This document shows positions 1 to 13,800 of a stretch of DNA of 64,000 bases, in pieces. This stretch comes from Setoptus koraiensis (Eukaryota; Animalia; Arthropoda). The position numbers and the translations under genes were made by a program. Where the stretch lies: the NCBI GenBank assembly GCA_048013815.1, contig CM106586.1, forward strand, positions 7,626,001 through 7,690,000, in the 5' to 3' direction. Below the pieces are notes generated by a model. That model saw only the letters and a program-made list of their open reading frames with translations, was not told the origin of the DNA and did no database searches. The first letter of the stretch is position 1, and every line of letters starts with the position of its first letter.

Positions 1-945
1 TCTCTCCCGCTCTCTCGCTCGCTGGCAAACTGGCAAGACCGCTCCGGCAAGATCTGCTCTGCTTTTTGCAGTCTGCCAAAGCGATCTCGCCAGAGCGATC
101 TCGCCGGCGCGGCCTTGCCACAGCAAGCGTGATCGAGATGCGGCACAATGGCGGCCAAGTGCATGCCAAGCGCAAGTACGCAGAGAGATGCGATTGTTTG
201 ACAAGCTGCTGCGGCGGCGGCGTAGCAAATTGTTTGCCGATGTTTGTCGAGTCGCTGCTGCTGCCAACAGAAACAAACAAACGAGCTTGTGTAAGTTACA
301 TAATGTAACGACTATGCACAGTCGTTACGTAAGCTCGGCAAACAAAAACGCCTGACAACGCACTCATGCGTCGATACGGCTCATTTGTCTTGGCATCGAT
401 TGTGTCGGCGCTGCCTGGCTCGGCCACTAATGAATAGAGGCCGCCACTTATGCGACCATTGCCAGCCGCTCATGTGACGCTTTTTGGCTGTGAGACACTT
501 TTGGCCGCCTTTTGCATCTTTGTCTCTCTCGCCGCTGCCAAGACGGCGCTGGCGAGACGGCGCTGGCGAGATGCATGTGGCTGCGAGTGTGCCGGCCGGC
601 GCTCATTTCAATGTTGAGCGTGAGTGAAAAAGAAGCCGAAGTGAATTCGAAAGAAGCCGGCAGAAGCCGAGAGAAGCCGAGAGAATGGTTCGCTGGCCCA
701 GAATGTCGGACTGGAGTGTATATTTAGAATGTGAGTGGCCGTCGGCGGGCGACACTTTCCTGCTCGAATTGTTTTGACTCTTGTTTAGTCGCTCGCGCCC
801 ACTCCAATTGAGAGATTGTCGAGGTCGCGCCAAGCGAACTCGTTACAGCCCGGCAATCGGTTTAGTGCGACCAATTGCGATCGATCGGACAAAAGCGGCC
901 CGAACGAAAAGAGGATGCTACTCACTTTTTGAAGTATCGCTTCAT

Positions 946-1110
946 TGTTGGCCACTGTTGTTGCTGCGCTTGTTGCTGCTGTTGACGGTGATGTTGTTGC
1001 TGTTGCTGTTGCTGCAAATGTAGTTGCTGTTGCTGCTCTTGCTGCAAATGTAGTTGTTGCTGTTGTAGTTGTTGCTGTTGTAGTTGCTGTTGTTGTTGCT
1101 GGTGGTGGCG
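946..1110. repeat. Compound (GTT/GCT)n microsatellite
   Basis: Run of ttg/ctg/gtt triplets; explains the spurious polyQ, polyV and polyL ORFs at 781-1196. Confidence 0.9.
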
Positions 1111-1863
1111 ATCTTGGCCGTCGAAGGCCGCCGCCTCTCTGACTGGATGCTCGTCGGCGTCTCCCATTCTCGCTGTTGTTGTCTTGTTGTTGTCACTGAT
1201 GCTCGCTAATTATTATTGTTGTCGTTCGTTCAGCATCCAACTGACTCACTGATTGTGTTTATTGCTGCCAACTGCTGATGATCAATTAGCATCGCTCATT
1301 TGTTGCCCGGCTCGGCTGGTGTCGGCTGATCCGGCACGGCAAGTCGCTGGTCGCTGGTCGCTTGTCAGTTGAGCTGCCAATGTCGCGTTGTCTTTGTTTG
1401 CAATTGCTAATTGATTAATTAATCACTAATTATGTCGTCGTTGTTGAGTCACAGTTTTGTCGTTGTTGTGTTGCAGTGGGCCGAGGCACGCCAATTGGCA
1501 ACGGCTCGTTGAGACGCTAGTCGACAATTGGGGCTGCTTATTGATAATTGCGGCTGCTGATTGGTGCGTCTGAGGCGTCGTCTGGCGGCCACTTGTTGTC
1601 GATGCACGGAAATTGTCGTTGTTTGATGCTGATATGACACGGTCGGCCGTGCAAACGAACTGCAAACAGATTTTGCGACTGGCGGATTTTGCGACTAGCA
1701 GATTTTGCAGATTGGGGCGCTTCGTCGCATTGTTCGGCTGTGTCAATAGCTTGCGATCGTTCACTTGCGCTGATGAATCACCGATAGCGTCGCGTTGCAT
1801 TCATATCGGCAGTCGGATGTTTCTATTTCTGTCGCTGTTTGTCGTGATTTGTCGCGATTCGTC

Positions 1864-1950
1864 GTGATTTACTATGATTTATTGTGATTTATTGTGATTT
1901 ATTGTGACTTGCTGTGACTTGCTGTGACTCGCTGTGACTTGTTGTGACTC
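1864..1950. repeat. 10-bp tandem repeat drifting from ATTTATTGTG to ACTTGCTGTG
   Basis: About 8-9 consecutive 10-mers with stepwise substitutions. Confidence 0.85.
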
Positions 1951-2480
1951 GTTGCCTGCGAGCTAGTAACAGCAGTTGCACAAATGGCTGAGATTTGTTT
2001 TGATTCGGTGCGCTGCGTCGCGGCCATCGACAATGACGTTTGCTGTTGCACTGTTGCGCCGCTATTATGCAACTTGTTCATTTATTGCCGGCTTGATGGC
2101 GATAAAATGGCGATAAAACGCTGATAAACGATCTTGTCAATGCGAGCTATCAATTCATATCAATCTCTCGTCGTCTTGCTGCTGCCGTTTTGTCGACACA
2201 ATCATAATGATTTGCAACGGGGCTGCACGCAGATTCGAGGCGCTGATACGCGCTGATATGTTGCTGATTTGGGCCTGATAACGATGTATGTTCACTTGTC
2301 ACCGTGTCGACGAAATAAAACAATTGCTGCTAATTGCTGCTTGATTACTGCTGAGTTGATCAATTGTTGCTCGACTGCTAATTATTGCTGAAATGCTCAA
2401 TTATTGCTGATTCGATCGATTGGCGATCGTGTCACAAATTCTTCGATTATGTTCTATTCTTCAGTTATTCTTGCCGTTGG

Positions 2481-2636
2481 TGGCGCAATTCGAGGCGCAA
2501 ATTGGGGCGCAAATTGAGGCGCAAATTGAGGCGCGGATTGTCGCTCGGGCCGCGGTTCGTCGGGCCGGCACAAATAGGCACAAATAGGCACAAATAGGCT
2601 CAAATAGGCACAAATACTCGCAAATAGACACAAATA
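2481..2636. repeat. 12-bp (GGCGCAAATTGA) and 10-bp (GGCACAAATA) tandem arrays
   Basis: About 4 copies of the 12-mer, then about 7 degenerate copies of the 10-mer. Confidence 0.85.
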
Positions 2637-3235
2637 CGCGCGTAGCTCCGTCTGCCGCTGACGCCAAATGCCAAATGAACCGTTATGTTGTTGTTGTCCC
2701 ACAAACGGCAACGAGAGACTCAACTTGCTCTCACGCTCTAACTTGCGCAACTCAACCTGTTTCCACCTGTTGCCCAGCATTGTGCTCGCTTACCTGTCGG
2801 ACTCAGCTCAGCCGGGGGGCGTGAGCTGTGCGCCGAGTCGGCTCGGCGGCCAGTTTGCCGTTGCCAGTGTGCACATACCGTGCATTGCACAGTCCACATT
2901 GCACGGTCCACATTGTACGGTCTGCACGCGGACGGGTGGCGCCCTCTCATGGCGCCATCTCGTGGCACCGGCCCGACGGGAAAGCGGCCCGACGGGAAAG
3001 CGGCCCGACGGTAAAGCGGCCCACAATCAGCCGGCGGTTCGGCCCGCTGGCCCAGCAGTCATCCGGCCCGATCATAACAGTCAGCCGGCGGGATCATTGC
3101 GATGGCGGGCCACGGCGAACGGGACGGGCGAGCATGAACATAAATATACAAAGATGGCAAGCGGCGCTGACAAGATTCATAATGTTATGCTAATTGTGTT
3201 TGTTGGCCGGTGATGCCGCGCGCGCGCTGATTTAA

Positions 3236-3237
<2 letters not shown>

Positions 3238-3305
<68 letters not shown>

Positions 3306-3306
3306 G
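3238..3306. repeat. Perfect (TTG)23 microsatellite
   Basis: Uninterrupted ttg run. Confidence 0.97.
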
Positions 3307-4799
3307 GTCGCACAGTCCGGCGATGGAGCGGCCGCCGGAGAAAAAATAACATTTCTCAACAATCTGGCCAAATTGAGCTGGCCGCTCAGCGCTGCTTGTG
3401 TTGAGTTACGTAACTGGCAGCGCTGGCACAGATTGGCGAAATGAATCCGACCGCAAACAAACAGATAAACAACCGCACAGAGAGAGTATGTCAATGGTCA
3501 ATGAATAGTTGTTCAATTTATCGCTGCCGACCGCTCGGCTGCGATCGGCTGCCAGATATTACATAACGGCAATATATTGGCCATAGATAGCTTTTTAGTA
3601 GTTGGTCATTGGCAGCAAGCGAGAGTCAATATGAGCGGTGTGATTTATTGTAACTGTTGCACAATGAATAACGACTGGTCGTCGCGTTTGCTCCTGTTGT
3701 TCACTCACTCGTTTCGGCCGGCCAGCCAGCCTCTTTTATGGCCACATCGGCTGACAAGTGTTGTCGCTGTCGTCGGCGCTTGCCGATATCGCTGCCGTCA
3801 TTGCATGTGAGTGTGTGGTCACTCGAGCGACTGGCCGACACAAATGCTCGCACTGGCACAAAAACTGACACTGACACTGAAACCGAAACCGAAACAAAAA
3901 CGGCCGAAATCGAGCCAGACACTCAGGCGAAATCGAGCCAGAAAAAGAGAAACAGAAATGAACGTTGCGATCCGATGCCGACCAAATGCGCGCAAACGCG
4001 ATCCGTCGAGCTGCCAGTCGATGAAATGAATTATCCGGCCACAGGCACGCTCAGGTTCATGCGCGGTGCCAACGCGCGCGTTTGATTATCATGCCAGAAA
4101 CAGTAATTAAAATTGATAAAAAACACAACGCACAGACGATGATTAATTACGGTGTCGTTGTCCAGTCCGAACCGCACACTCTGTAGCGTGCGTGCGACAC
4201 TTGTCGTTGTTGCTGTTGTTGTTGTTGCTGTTGCTGTTGTTGTCGTTGTTGTGCTGTTGTTGTCGCTGCGGTTGTTGCTGTTGTCGTTGTTGCGCTGTCG
4301 TCGCTGTTGTGCGTGTAGCCCGCCAATAACGGGTATGGCCGCCGTCGGCCATGCCCGCTATCTCAGTGCTGTGGCCCGTCAGTGCTGTGGCCAAGGTCAT
4401 CGGATGTGCTGTGTTTGATGGATGCGGTCCGGTCCGGTTCGGTCCGTTGTGCTGGCTAACGGTTTCACTGGCGGGACCGCTAATTGCGCCGCGCCGAGCC
4501 GGGCCGGCCAGCGACAGCCGACAGCCGACAGCGACAGCCGACAGCAAACAAGCTGATTCACGCAATTTTATAGACATATTTTATTGACACATAATTGCGC
4601 TACCTCGATATGGATATACAAGTTATGTAACATGCACTGATATTACATAACTTGTATTAGTATCGGCAGTAATATTGATGTTACATAACGTACATTAATA
4701 TTGTGTTCACATTATATAGCCTGTGGCCCGTTATACTGATACCTATAAACAAGTAACAACAAGTGGCGTAGCGTGCCACGCTGCGTCACACGACGTTTG

Positions 4800-4926
4800 C
4801 ACCTGATCAGCTGAGCGCGCGACAGGTGACGCGACGCTGGCTTGGCCGGCCAACACTTGAAATGGCGACTGGCCTGATAACAGCTGACAATTGACACAAC
4901 TTGTCACAGCTGTCAACCGTCAGCTG
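4800..4926. promoter_or_regulatory. Dense E-box (CANNTG) cluster, candidate enhancer
   Basis: CACCTG 4800, CAGCTG 4808, CAGGTG 4823, CACTTG 4854, CAGCTG 4881, CAATTG 4888, CAGCTG 4907, CAGCTG 4921. Confidence 0.35.
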
Positions 4927-7154
4927 ATCGATGCATAGCTGCCGGGCCGGACCGGACCGAGCCGGACTGCCACTTGCTGTACGCAACTTTCGCTCATTAC
5001 GACACCGATCATCGCATTATGACAGCGCTCGTCATACGATGGTCGGCGCTCGTCATGAGATGGTCGGCGCGTTATCCGGCTAGCTGCGGGTGTTTCTGTC
5101 GCGTCGTTGATTGATACCGTTCGCGTCTCGTCTTATTTTGCCTACTGGCAAAATTGCCAGCATCAGCGATACCGTCAGTAACTGACAGTAACTGACGGGC
5201 GGCGAGATGCCGCTTCTGGCAGTTGGCAAATAGTTGGCCCGCAAGACAGTTGGTCAAGCCGACCGAGGAAACGCGCCAATGTGTGAGCTCACCTGTCCAG
5301 CCGAGTTGATCACACCAGCCGAGCTTATCTGACCAGTGTCGAGCTTACGCTGAGCAGGTGAGATGAGCTCATGTGGCCAGGTGAGATGAGCAGTGTTGGG
5401 CCTTTGCATGTGACCGGCAGCGATCATGGTGATGCCATGCCGCGGCGAGAGCATAGCAGCCGCCGCAGCAACAGGTGCTCTGGCAACAGCAGCACAACAA
5501 CAACAGCAACCACAGCCGTGTGACGCAATCGACGGACAGCAGTTTGGCGCTCAGCTGACCAGTGGGCAAACTGTGTTGTGAGCCGGCTGCGATGAGCCAT
5601 CGGCCAACAAAAGAAACAGAACAGGTGAGCAGACGAGCCAAAGGATGCGATTATGAATTATGGCCACTTACACAGGTAAATCGAGTGCGCACAGGTAAGT
5701 CACCGGTAAGAGCCGCTTGGCGCCTGGCAGCCGCTCTTCCTCCTTGTTATGTGTGAGCAGTTAAATATAAAGATATATCATCTTTGTATTTGTGAATGAC
5801 TTGCTCTACTCGCATCTGATGACGCAACATGCTGTTGCAGCCCATTTGGACGCTGTGGCGCAGTTGCGATTGCACTGCGTTCGGCGCTCCGGGGTAATCG
5901 AGACCAAACTGCATGATAACGAGCCCTTTATCGAGGTCAGCCGGCCCGAAGCGAGCCACGCCGGCCGCCGGAGCCGTCCGCTGTGGACGGCCGCTGCAGC
6001 CGGGCGCCCGAGCTGGCCGCTGTAGCCCGAGCTGGCCGCTGTAGCCGGAGCCGGCCGCTAGGGAGCGCTCCATCGTGCCGGCAACAGCGTGATGCGCGGC
6101 CCGGACGAGTGCCGGCCGGAATCGGACGGGTCGCAGCAGAGTCAGCGCACAGACGCTGACTGGCGGACACGGCCACTCATCACTGGTCGCCCCGGCGACC
6201 AGTCGGGACGGATTGCGAGCCGACAATTATCGTTCAATTCAATTTCTATTCAAGGCGCCACACGGCATGCACAGTGGTCGTGTGTGCGCAATTGAAAATT
6301 GAAAATTAATTCGCAACTACTCTTTTCGGCCAACTTTTCATTGCTGCAGCCACTCTGACCACTCTGACCACTCTGGCCACTTTGGTCACTTTTGCCGCAA
6401 AGCAGCCGGACGGACTGGCTGCGATGGGCACCGAAGCGTTCACTGGTTGGCAGTGGCGCGCCAGGGCCGTGATTACCGCTGATTAGCTGACATTAGCTTG
6501 CTGCAAGAGCGCATGAGAGCGAATTGAGAGCCAATGAAGCGTCATCGTTCGCCAGGTGAAATCAACGAGCAGCAGAGTGTGTTTGTTTATATCGGTTTGC
6601 TGTGTTGCGCAACATGGCATCTCGGCATATATGAGCGTTGGCCGACAGCCAGTTATAAACAAACATCCTAATGAGTTATGACCGACTTGACCGTGATGCT
6701 TGTGGCATCTTTTTTGCCCGCTGACACTGTTGCGCAATGCCTAATGAGCCATCTCACTGAGATGGCTCACTGAGATCTCAGGTGCGAGCGATTGGCCGTC
6801 AGCGAGCAAGTCAAGTTTGTTGTCTCGTTAGTTGGCTTGTTGTCCGCGGCGACCGACCGGCCGCCACTTGTGACTCACAAGTTGTGAGCGAAGAGTTGCC
6901 GGCCCGACCGACAAGCGAGCGAGCGAGCGAGTGATTTCCATGGGCAACAACTCTCACAGTTGGCCGACAATTGGCCCGTCTCCATGGCACCATGGCCAAT
7001 GGGCAGCATCATGCAACCATTATCACGGCCAGCCGATAGCCGCTCGGCGCTGATTAGCCGGCGCTGATTAGCCCTGATTGCAGCCCGTCGAAGCTGCATG
7101 CTGATGCTGCATGTACCTGTTGTATCGTCATCACATTACCGCATCTCGTTAGGC

Positions 7155-7266
7155 GTCGTCGTCGTCGTTGTTGCTGTTGTTGCTGTTGTTGTTGCTGCTG
7201 TTGTTGCTGCTGTTGTTGCCGCTGTCGTTGTTGTTGCCGCTGTCGTTGTTGTTGTTGTTGTTGTTC
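7155..7266. repeat. Compound (GTT/GCT/GTC)n microsatellite
   Basis: Triplet run producing polyV/polyT/polyN ORFs. Confidence 0.9.
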
Positions 7267-7744
7267 GATGGCGGTGCTCGGCGCCGGTGAGCGTCACACC
7301 GAGCCGCATCAAGGCCGCAAATCGCCGGTCGCCACTCATTATCGCAAGCGCCGAGACAGCTAATGAGCGACCACTCATTATCATTAGCCACTCAAACGGC
7401 CCATGTTGGCTCGGCATCAGGCCAGCCGACACCGGCAAGCCTGTTTTCAATAACACCGCACACAACAGGCGATTATCCGCAAAAAGTCTGGCAAAAATAT
7501 CCGCAAAAAGCACACATATAAACATGACAGTGTCTGGCCAAGCGGCCGCCGACTCAACCCGAGTGTCATAACGATAATTGGCGCGCTTCATTATCCCAAT
7601 TCAGTTGTTGCCGCCATTAAAATTAATGAAAGCTATTCAATTCGAGCCAATTGCTCTCTGTTTGCTTTCAGATATTTCACCTCCACATTTCTCGTCCGCC
7701 AGCACAACAAACGGCGCTCTCTCTTCGAGCTTCTGTCGCCGCAG

Positions 7745-7803
7745 AATCGGCGACCGTCCGAAAAATCGGCGACCGTCCGAAAAATCGGCGCCCGTCCGAA
7801 AAA
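7745..7803. repeat. 18-bp tandem repeat (AATCGGCGACCGTCCGAA) x3
   Basis: Three near-identical adjacent copies. Confidence 0.85.
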
Positions 7804-10800
7804 GCCGTTTCACGTTTCGCAGGCTCACTCCGGCCGCTCGTCCCAGAAATCGTCCAGTTCGCGTCAGCCCGAACTCCAACAATTGGCGTCGCTCTGATCT
7901 CGTTTCCGTCTGCGCATCGTTCTCTTGAGTCGACGGTCGACATGCGAAATTTTCTTTCAAAAATTTCCTTTTAAAAATTTTCTTTCAAAGATTTCCCTTT
8001 GAAAATTCTCCCTTGAAAATTCTCCAAGGAAAATTCGCCTGAATCAACCAAATTTTCGCCTGGCTCAACATTGAAACAGAATTTTCTCTGAATATTCAGC
8101 CGATGATTTTGTGACGGCCCCTTCGTCGTCGCACTGCTCGTCGCCGTCGAAATGAGTATCAATGGCCAATTTGCTTTTCGAGCCTCTCCAAACGCCGCCA
8201 TTCTGCTGCACACGCCAAAATGAATGTGGGTGAAAAAAAAGTGACCGGAAACGAGAATACAAGTAGCAAGTGAGCTGCCTATTTTTTGTTGCTTCTGGCG
8301 CTCATCATCAATTATCGTGTCACATTTGACACTGCGATAATTAGTCAGTGTCGGCGGCACAGTAAACTGGCAACATTTCAAAATGTAGCCATTTCGAGCC
8401 GTTAAATTGATGACTCAGGTGCCAGTTTACAGCGAGAGAGATAAATGGTCTAAGCGCGCTCATAGTTTAAGTGTTTGCCGTGGCACCTTCGCAAAGTAGC
8501 ACCGTTTTGCGGAATACGCCACAGAAAAATCGCCGGACGATACCCGCTGAGGCTATTATATTATCGCCAGACTACTGTTGCCAATCAGAGAGATCATCAA
8601 CGGGTTTACAAGTGGAGCAAGCCGAGTGGCCGACGAGCCGATCGCGCCGGCCGCAAAACAAGTGCAAGTTGAGGCTGCCAGAGAGAGGCCAAAATAGTTC
8701 AATGGAACACCGTTGAAGCATAAATAGCCGGCTGGCATTTCCATTCTCGTCTGATTAGCTGCAGCTTATAAATTCAATTCAATCCGATTCGATGCGGCTA
8801 ATCTCATTTAAGCCCACACTGTGCCGCGGAGCCGGTGTGTGTTGTGGCTAAAAAGGTTTAGGCCAGAGTTGTCTCCGAATCGGACACTCCGACGATATCT
8901 GCACACAATATATCTGGCGAGCTGCTTATAGGAGGAACTGGCCTGTCTGTCATGATAACAACAGATAATAATAGACGCCGAGGCTCAAACTTTGAGCAAC
9001 TCCGCGCTCGCTGATGATGGCTGATTATTCATGAGTGAATATCGCAACAAAAATATGAATATAATGATCAGATTATTTGTTTGACAGATCAACATGATGG
9101 AACGCAATGAAGAGAGATACGAGGTCGACGAATGGATAATCACGCCCTTTGGCCCGTTGATTGAGAAATGGCAAGCGGGCCGAGAGGGGCAAAAAGAGCA
9201 AAAGGAGCAAGGGAGCAAAAGAAGCAAAAGAAGCAAAATGAGCAAAATGAGCGAAAGAGCAGCGAGAGCGGCCAGAACGTTTCTCGGCGGACTTTTCTAG
9301 GTCAAACTGTTTGCTGAAGCCATATCATAAATAGCATCGCCGCACAGCTGATTTCTGACAGGTGACCCAAGAGCGGTGGTCTTTGTCTTACATTGCGTAA
9401 TATTAATACGACGCCGGTTGTTGCGTTGCGGCTGTTGAATGGCAACTGGACATCAACTGGACATCAACTGGACATCAACTGTATATCAACTGGATATCAA
9501 CGGCAACAACAACGGCAACAACAACGGCGACAGCAGCAGCAGCAACGACAGCAACGACAAGCGCAACAACGGCGCCATTTGTAGACCGATACGAGTGAGC
9601 AAATTGAGCCAACCATTTAAATGAGTGATAGCCGCGAATATTAATGTCCAGTGGCCGTTGACGATACACACAACGGCACACACATACTTACGTAACGCAT
9701 ACACAGACAGCAACGGCATAAGCTCGGCATTATCGCATCAGCATGACAATTGTGATGATGCGAGAATTACGTGACGCAACCAGATCAATGCCAAAAATGG
9801 TTGCGCCATGCGAGTGCCCGAGGACACAAACGCTGGACATTGCTGCGAAATGAGTGAGTGAATCCAATTCACTTCTGTCCGGCTAGACTCACACTGACAT
9901 TGACTCAAACACCGGATTAGCTCGCCCGTTGATGCCGGCCATTCTAGTCAACAGGCCAAGCTAGTCAGCAGGCAACCAACGTCAAATATCGTCGGCGACA
10001 AGTGTCGGCAGGTGACGACGTCGAGGCTGCTGCACGGTGACACAAGCAACAGGTGAAATGATACTATCAATATGATAGATGCTCATCATGCCAGTTAATC
10101 GCCAACGAGCGTATCTCTAAATCTCTCGAGTCACCTCATTCAACTTGATCGTCAGCTGAATCATTCAAGTGTCAGCCTGTGACACTTGATCCTGCCAGAG
10201 CCTCTCGGTATAAAACTTTTATCTTGGTCGTTTCTTTTTGGCGCAGTGAGTCGCCCAAACAACTGCCCTTGCCAGTCTCGTTGCCACTCGATGCAACCGG
10301 GCTGCATTGAGCGCTCATTATCTGCGCTCACTATCTGCCGACGTGCAAGGCTCACCCGCAAACCTGCGAACCCGCTAACTGTGTTCTGGCGAAATTCCGG
10401 CGAGTTCCCGGCGAGTTCCTGGCGAGTTTCTGGCGAGATTCTGGCGAGATCGATGGCTACTGCTGCGCACAGTTTCAAGGTCTGCGCATCAATCGCATGT
10501 GATGGCCACTTTACGTGGGCGCTTGCGGCTGCCGCAGAGGGTGGCTGCCGCCAAGTGTGGCCCGGCCGCGAGCTGCTGCTCGGCTCGAGCGGCTCGAGCG
10601 GCTCGAGTTGGCGCAAGTCAATTGGTCAATAATGCAATAATTGCAACATCGTGGCTGAGAGCCTCAGGTGAGAGCTCTCCAAACGACGGCCGGCGACCTA
10701 GTGGAACCAATCGGAATATGCTGCGGTGTCAGCAACTTGCAAGGGCCAACTGCTAAGCCGAGTGTTTGCACTGAAAAAATTATCTCGTTATTATCATCTA

Positions 10801-13800
10801 AGACTCGATTCGTGCGTGTGTGTGTGTGTGTGTGTGTGTGGCGACCGAGAGCGTCGCCGAGGCGAACAAGCGAGAGAAGCGAGAACGGCGAAGGAGCGAG
10901 AACGACGAAGAAGCGAGAACGACAAAGAAGCGAGAACGGCCAAGAAGCGATCGAAGCGGCAATTAGGAGTGCATGAAAAATGTATCAATCGGAGCGTGCG
11001 CTGCCGCCGTCGGCCGGCCGGACGCTCGCGTACCGATTGCCCCGGGACGGCGGCGGGACTGCCCACTCCAGTTTGCAGCATGGCGCTTGTGGCCGGCTGC
11101 GTCGGTCGCTTCGAAGCGTCCGCCAATCAACAGGCCGAAGAGAAGCGGCCGCAAACAACAATTGGCCGCCACAAGCACAAACAAGCGAGCTCAAGTCGGC
11201 GATGTTCGCAGTCGCTCGCAGTCGCTCGAAGCCGCCCGAAGCCGCCCGAAGCCGCGAACGCTCGACAAACCGGCGAGACGGCAGCGCCGCCGAGTCGAGA
11301 ATTAGGCCACAGCCAATGGCCACTTCCTGAGCCGGCCTGCGTGGCCGGCTCAACTGACCGCTCGCTCGCTCGCCAACTCCGGCCCGGTGACAGTGGCTCA
11401 ATGACAGGCCTGACATCGCGCCGTCTCAATGGCGCAACAATGCCGAACCAATTCACCTGTCGGATGTACACCAAATCTCATCGTCAGGCACGCTGCACCT
11501 TTGCACCTCTAGCCGCCGCCAAGTGTACGTGACTGCAACTGCAACTTGGCCGGCTCGCAACCATTGCCCACACAACAAAGTTTGAGACACACATACAGAT
11601 CACTTGTCGAGCCAACTGCCCTCTGTCGGCCGTTGGATCGACTGCCGGCGCCGAGACTCGGGCCGCACAGGTGAGCTGCCACCGACGACAGGTCTCGGTC
11701 AGCGAAGCCGTAGTTGTCATGTTTGGTCGTAATAGTCGTTGTGATATTTAGTTGTGATATTTAGTTGTGATATTTAGTTGCAATATTCGGATATTTAGAC
11801 CTTGTGAGACTTTGTTTTTGGCCGGTTCCAGTTGCAGATCGAGCGTTAGCTTAACGTAGCGCGTCAGGCAAGCAATCATCGAGCATTAGGCATAAATTAT
11901 CGATAGTTTAGTAATTGATTCGGCAATTCAATTTCTGGCCACTGGGGCGCACGCGAGTGAGCCAGAGATTGAGCAGATTAAGCCACCGGTGATAGACGCC
12001 AGATCCGTCGAAAGTGATCGCAACCAGCCCAATGGCAGCGACTCTCGAATCGACAGGCACGAACAACAATCATCCGATGTTATTTAATTCATTATTTGAT
12101 CAGCTCGATCGACATGGCAAATACTCGCTCGCTCATACCGATTTCATAATGAACACGAATGAAGTGAAAATAATTTCCAGTTAATCTGCATTCGTTTTCG
12201 TTCGGCCGAGCTGTTGGTTCGGCGGATCGGTAAGCGGAAACACTTTTTCCAGGTCGCATAGGCATTATAGCCAACGGCGTGCCCATCAAGTGGCTAGACG
12301 GTACAAGAGCGTCTCTTATTTGCACAAATTGAGGCGCATTTGTTGAGGCACAACAGGCACAACTGCGCGCACTATATTCGGGACCAAGACTAATTTCAAT
12401 TCAATTTGTGTTGACTGTTGCGAAAAGAATAGCGACGGACCATATTCGGATCGTTCGGTTGATGATTATATTTGGTGTGATGGACAAACAAAAGCAACGA
12501 GAATCAAGGACAATTTTGGGCAAAATTGATTTTGAAAATGGATTTTTTGCAAATCTGAAAATCGATTTTCAACAAAAATCCAAAAATCTTGTGCCAAGCG
12601 TTGATTTCGCGTATTCCGAAAGTTATCTTACAACTTGTTGTTAGTGTCCGCAACATTTCGACATTTCGCCATTACAGTGTATTTCAATGCCGAATAGCGT
12701 GCAAAGAAATAGCAGTTCGAGCGCCAATGGATGGGTCAGAGTTTTCACTTACGCAATGAGCTGTTTGTAGGGGTATCACCCAAAGGCAGGCCTGTGCGCT
12801 ATTTGATTGAAATAAAATTGAGAATAAATTTAGATCGACGCACTTGTTGATTCACTGGCGCCTGTTGGCGTTCGAACGGCAATCCAAAAGTCGGCCCAAT
12901 ATACACCGGTCCGGATGGATATATTTAGCAATGGTACTTGTGAAATTGGGTTAGTAAACATATCGCACATACGCATTGTCGGAACATAACAACGTATCAT
13001 TATTATCTAATTTGAGCTTGGTGTTGCCGTTGCTGGCATTGCGGTCGGAACTAACAACAGTCGGGCAACAAAATTTGAATCAGTCACTCGAGATTCATTT
13101 CAGTCCGGCAGTCTAATGACACGTTATTGGAAACAACAGCAGCAGCAGCAGCAACAACTGCAACAACAACAACATCGGCAACAATAACGGCAACAACAAC
13201 AGAGTGACGACACCCGTTGTTGTTATTTTGGTTGTTTGGCCGATTCGTTTGTTGTCGTTGCTGTGGTTGTTGTTGCTGTTGTTGTTGAACGGCGAACAAA
13301 AGAAGGAGCGATTTTCATCAATGGCTGTGATTTGTTGTTTATCATTAGCAACTCTTTTTGTGCAACTATTAATGAACAGAATGCTTGCCAACGTTTCGCC
13401 GATAATTATTACCTCTGATTGCCTGTGCCCGCTAATATCGGCTAATTATCTTTCGGCGTGCCATTGTCGATGGTTCGTTTCGTTGCCCTCGACGGCGAGA
13501 AAGCGAGAGAGCGAGAGAGAGAGAGCGACTTGCCGCACAATACCTTTCGAGACAGAAACTTGGCCAAGTTGTTGTGGCCAAAATGATACAAATGAGCGTT
13601 TTTCGCAGGCTTCGTCGCAACGCATCGCCGGCCTGCAAAACACAAACGGATGCCAACAAGTGGTCGCTGCTGGCCATTCGTTGGGCCAAAATGCATTTTC
13701 GACGCCACCGCATCCAATAAATATGCAACTTATTGCACCGTACAAGCGTTGCCCACATTTATTGGATTGGCGCTGGCCAGTGCGCATGCGACCGATTTGC

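Noticed and set aside
9088-9300. Acceptor-like TTTGACAG followed by ORF MMERNEERYEVDEWIITPFGPLIEKW
   Set aside because: Degenerates into a 9-bp repeat, with no recognisable homology and no clear donor.
9848-9902. Resemblance to a miR-279 precursor (GGCTAGACTCACACT)
   Set aside because: Seed mismatch versus TGACTAGA and poor stem pairing.
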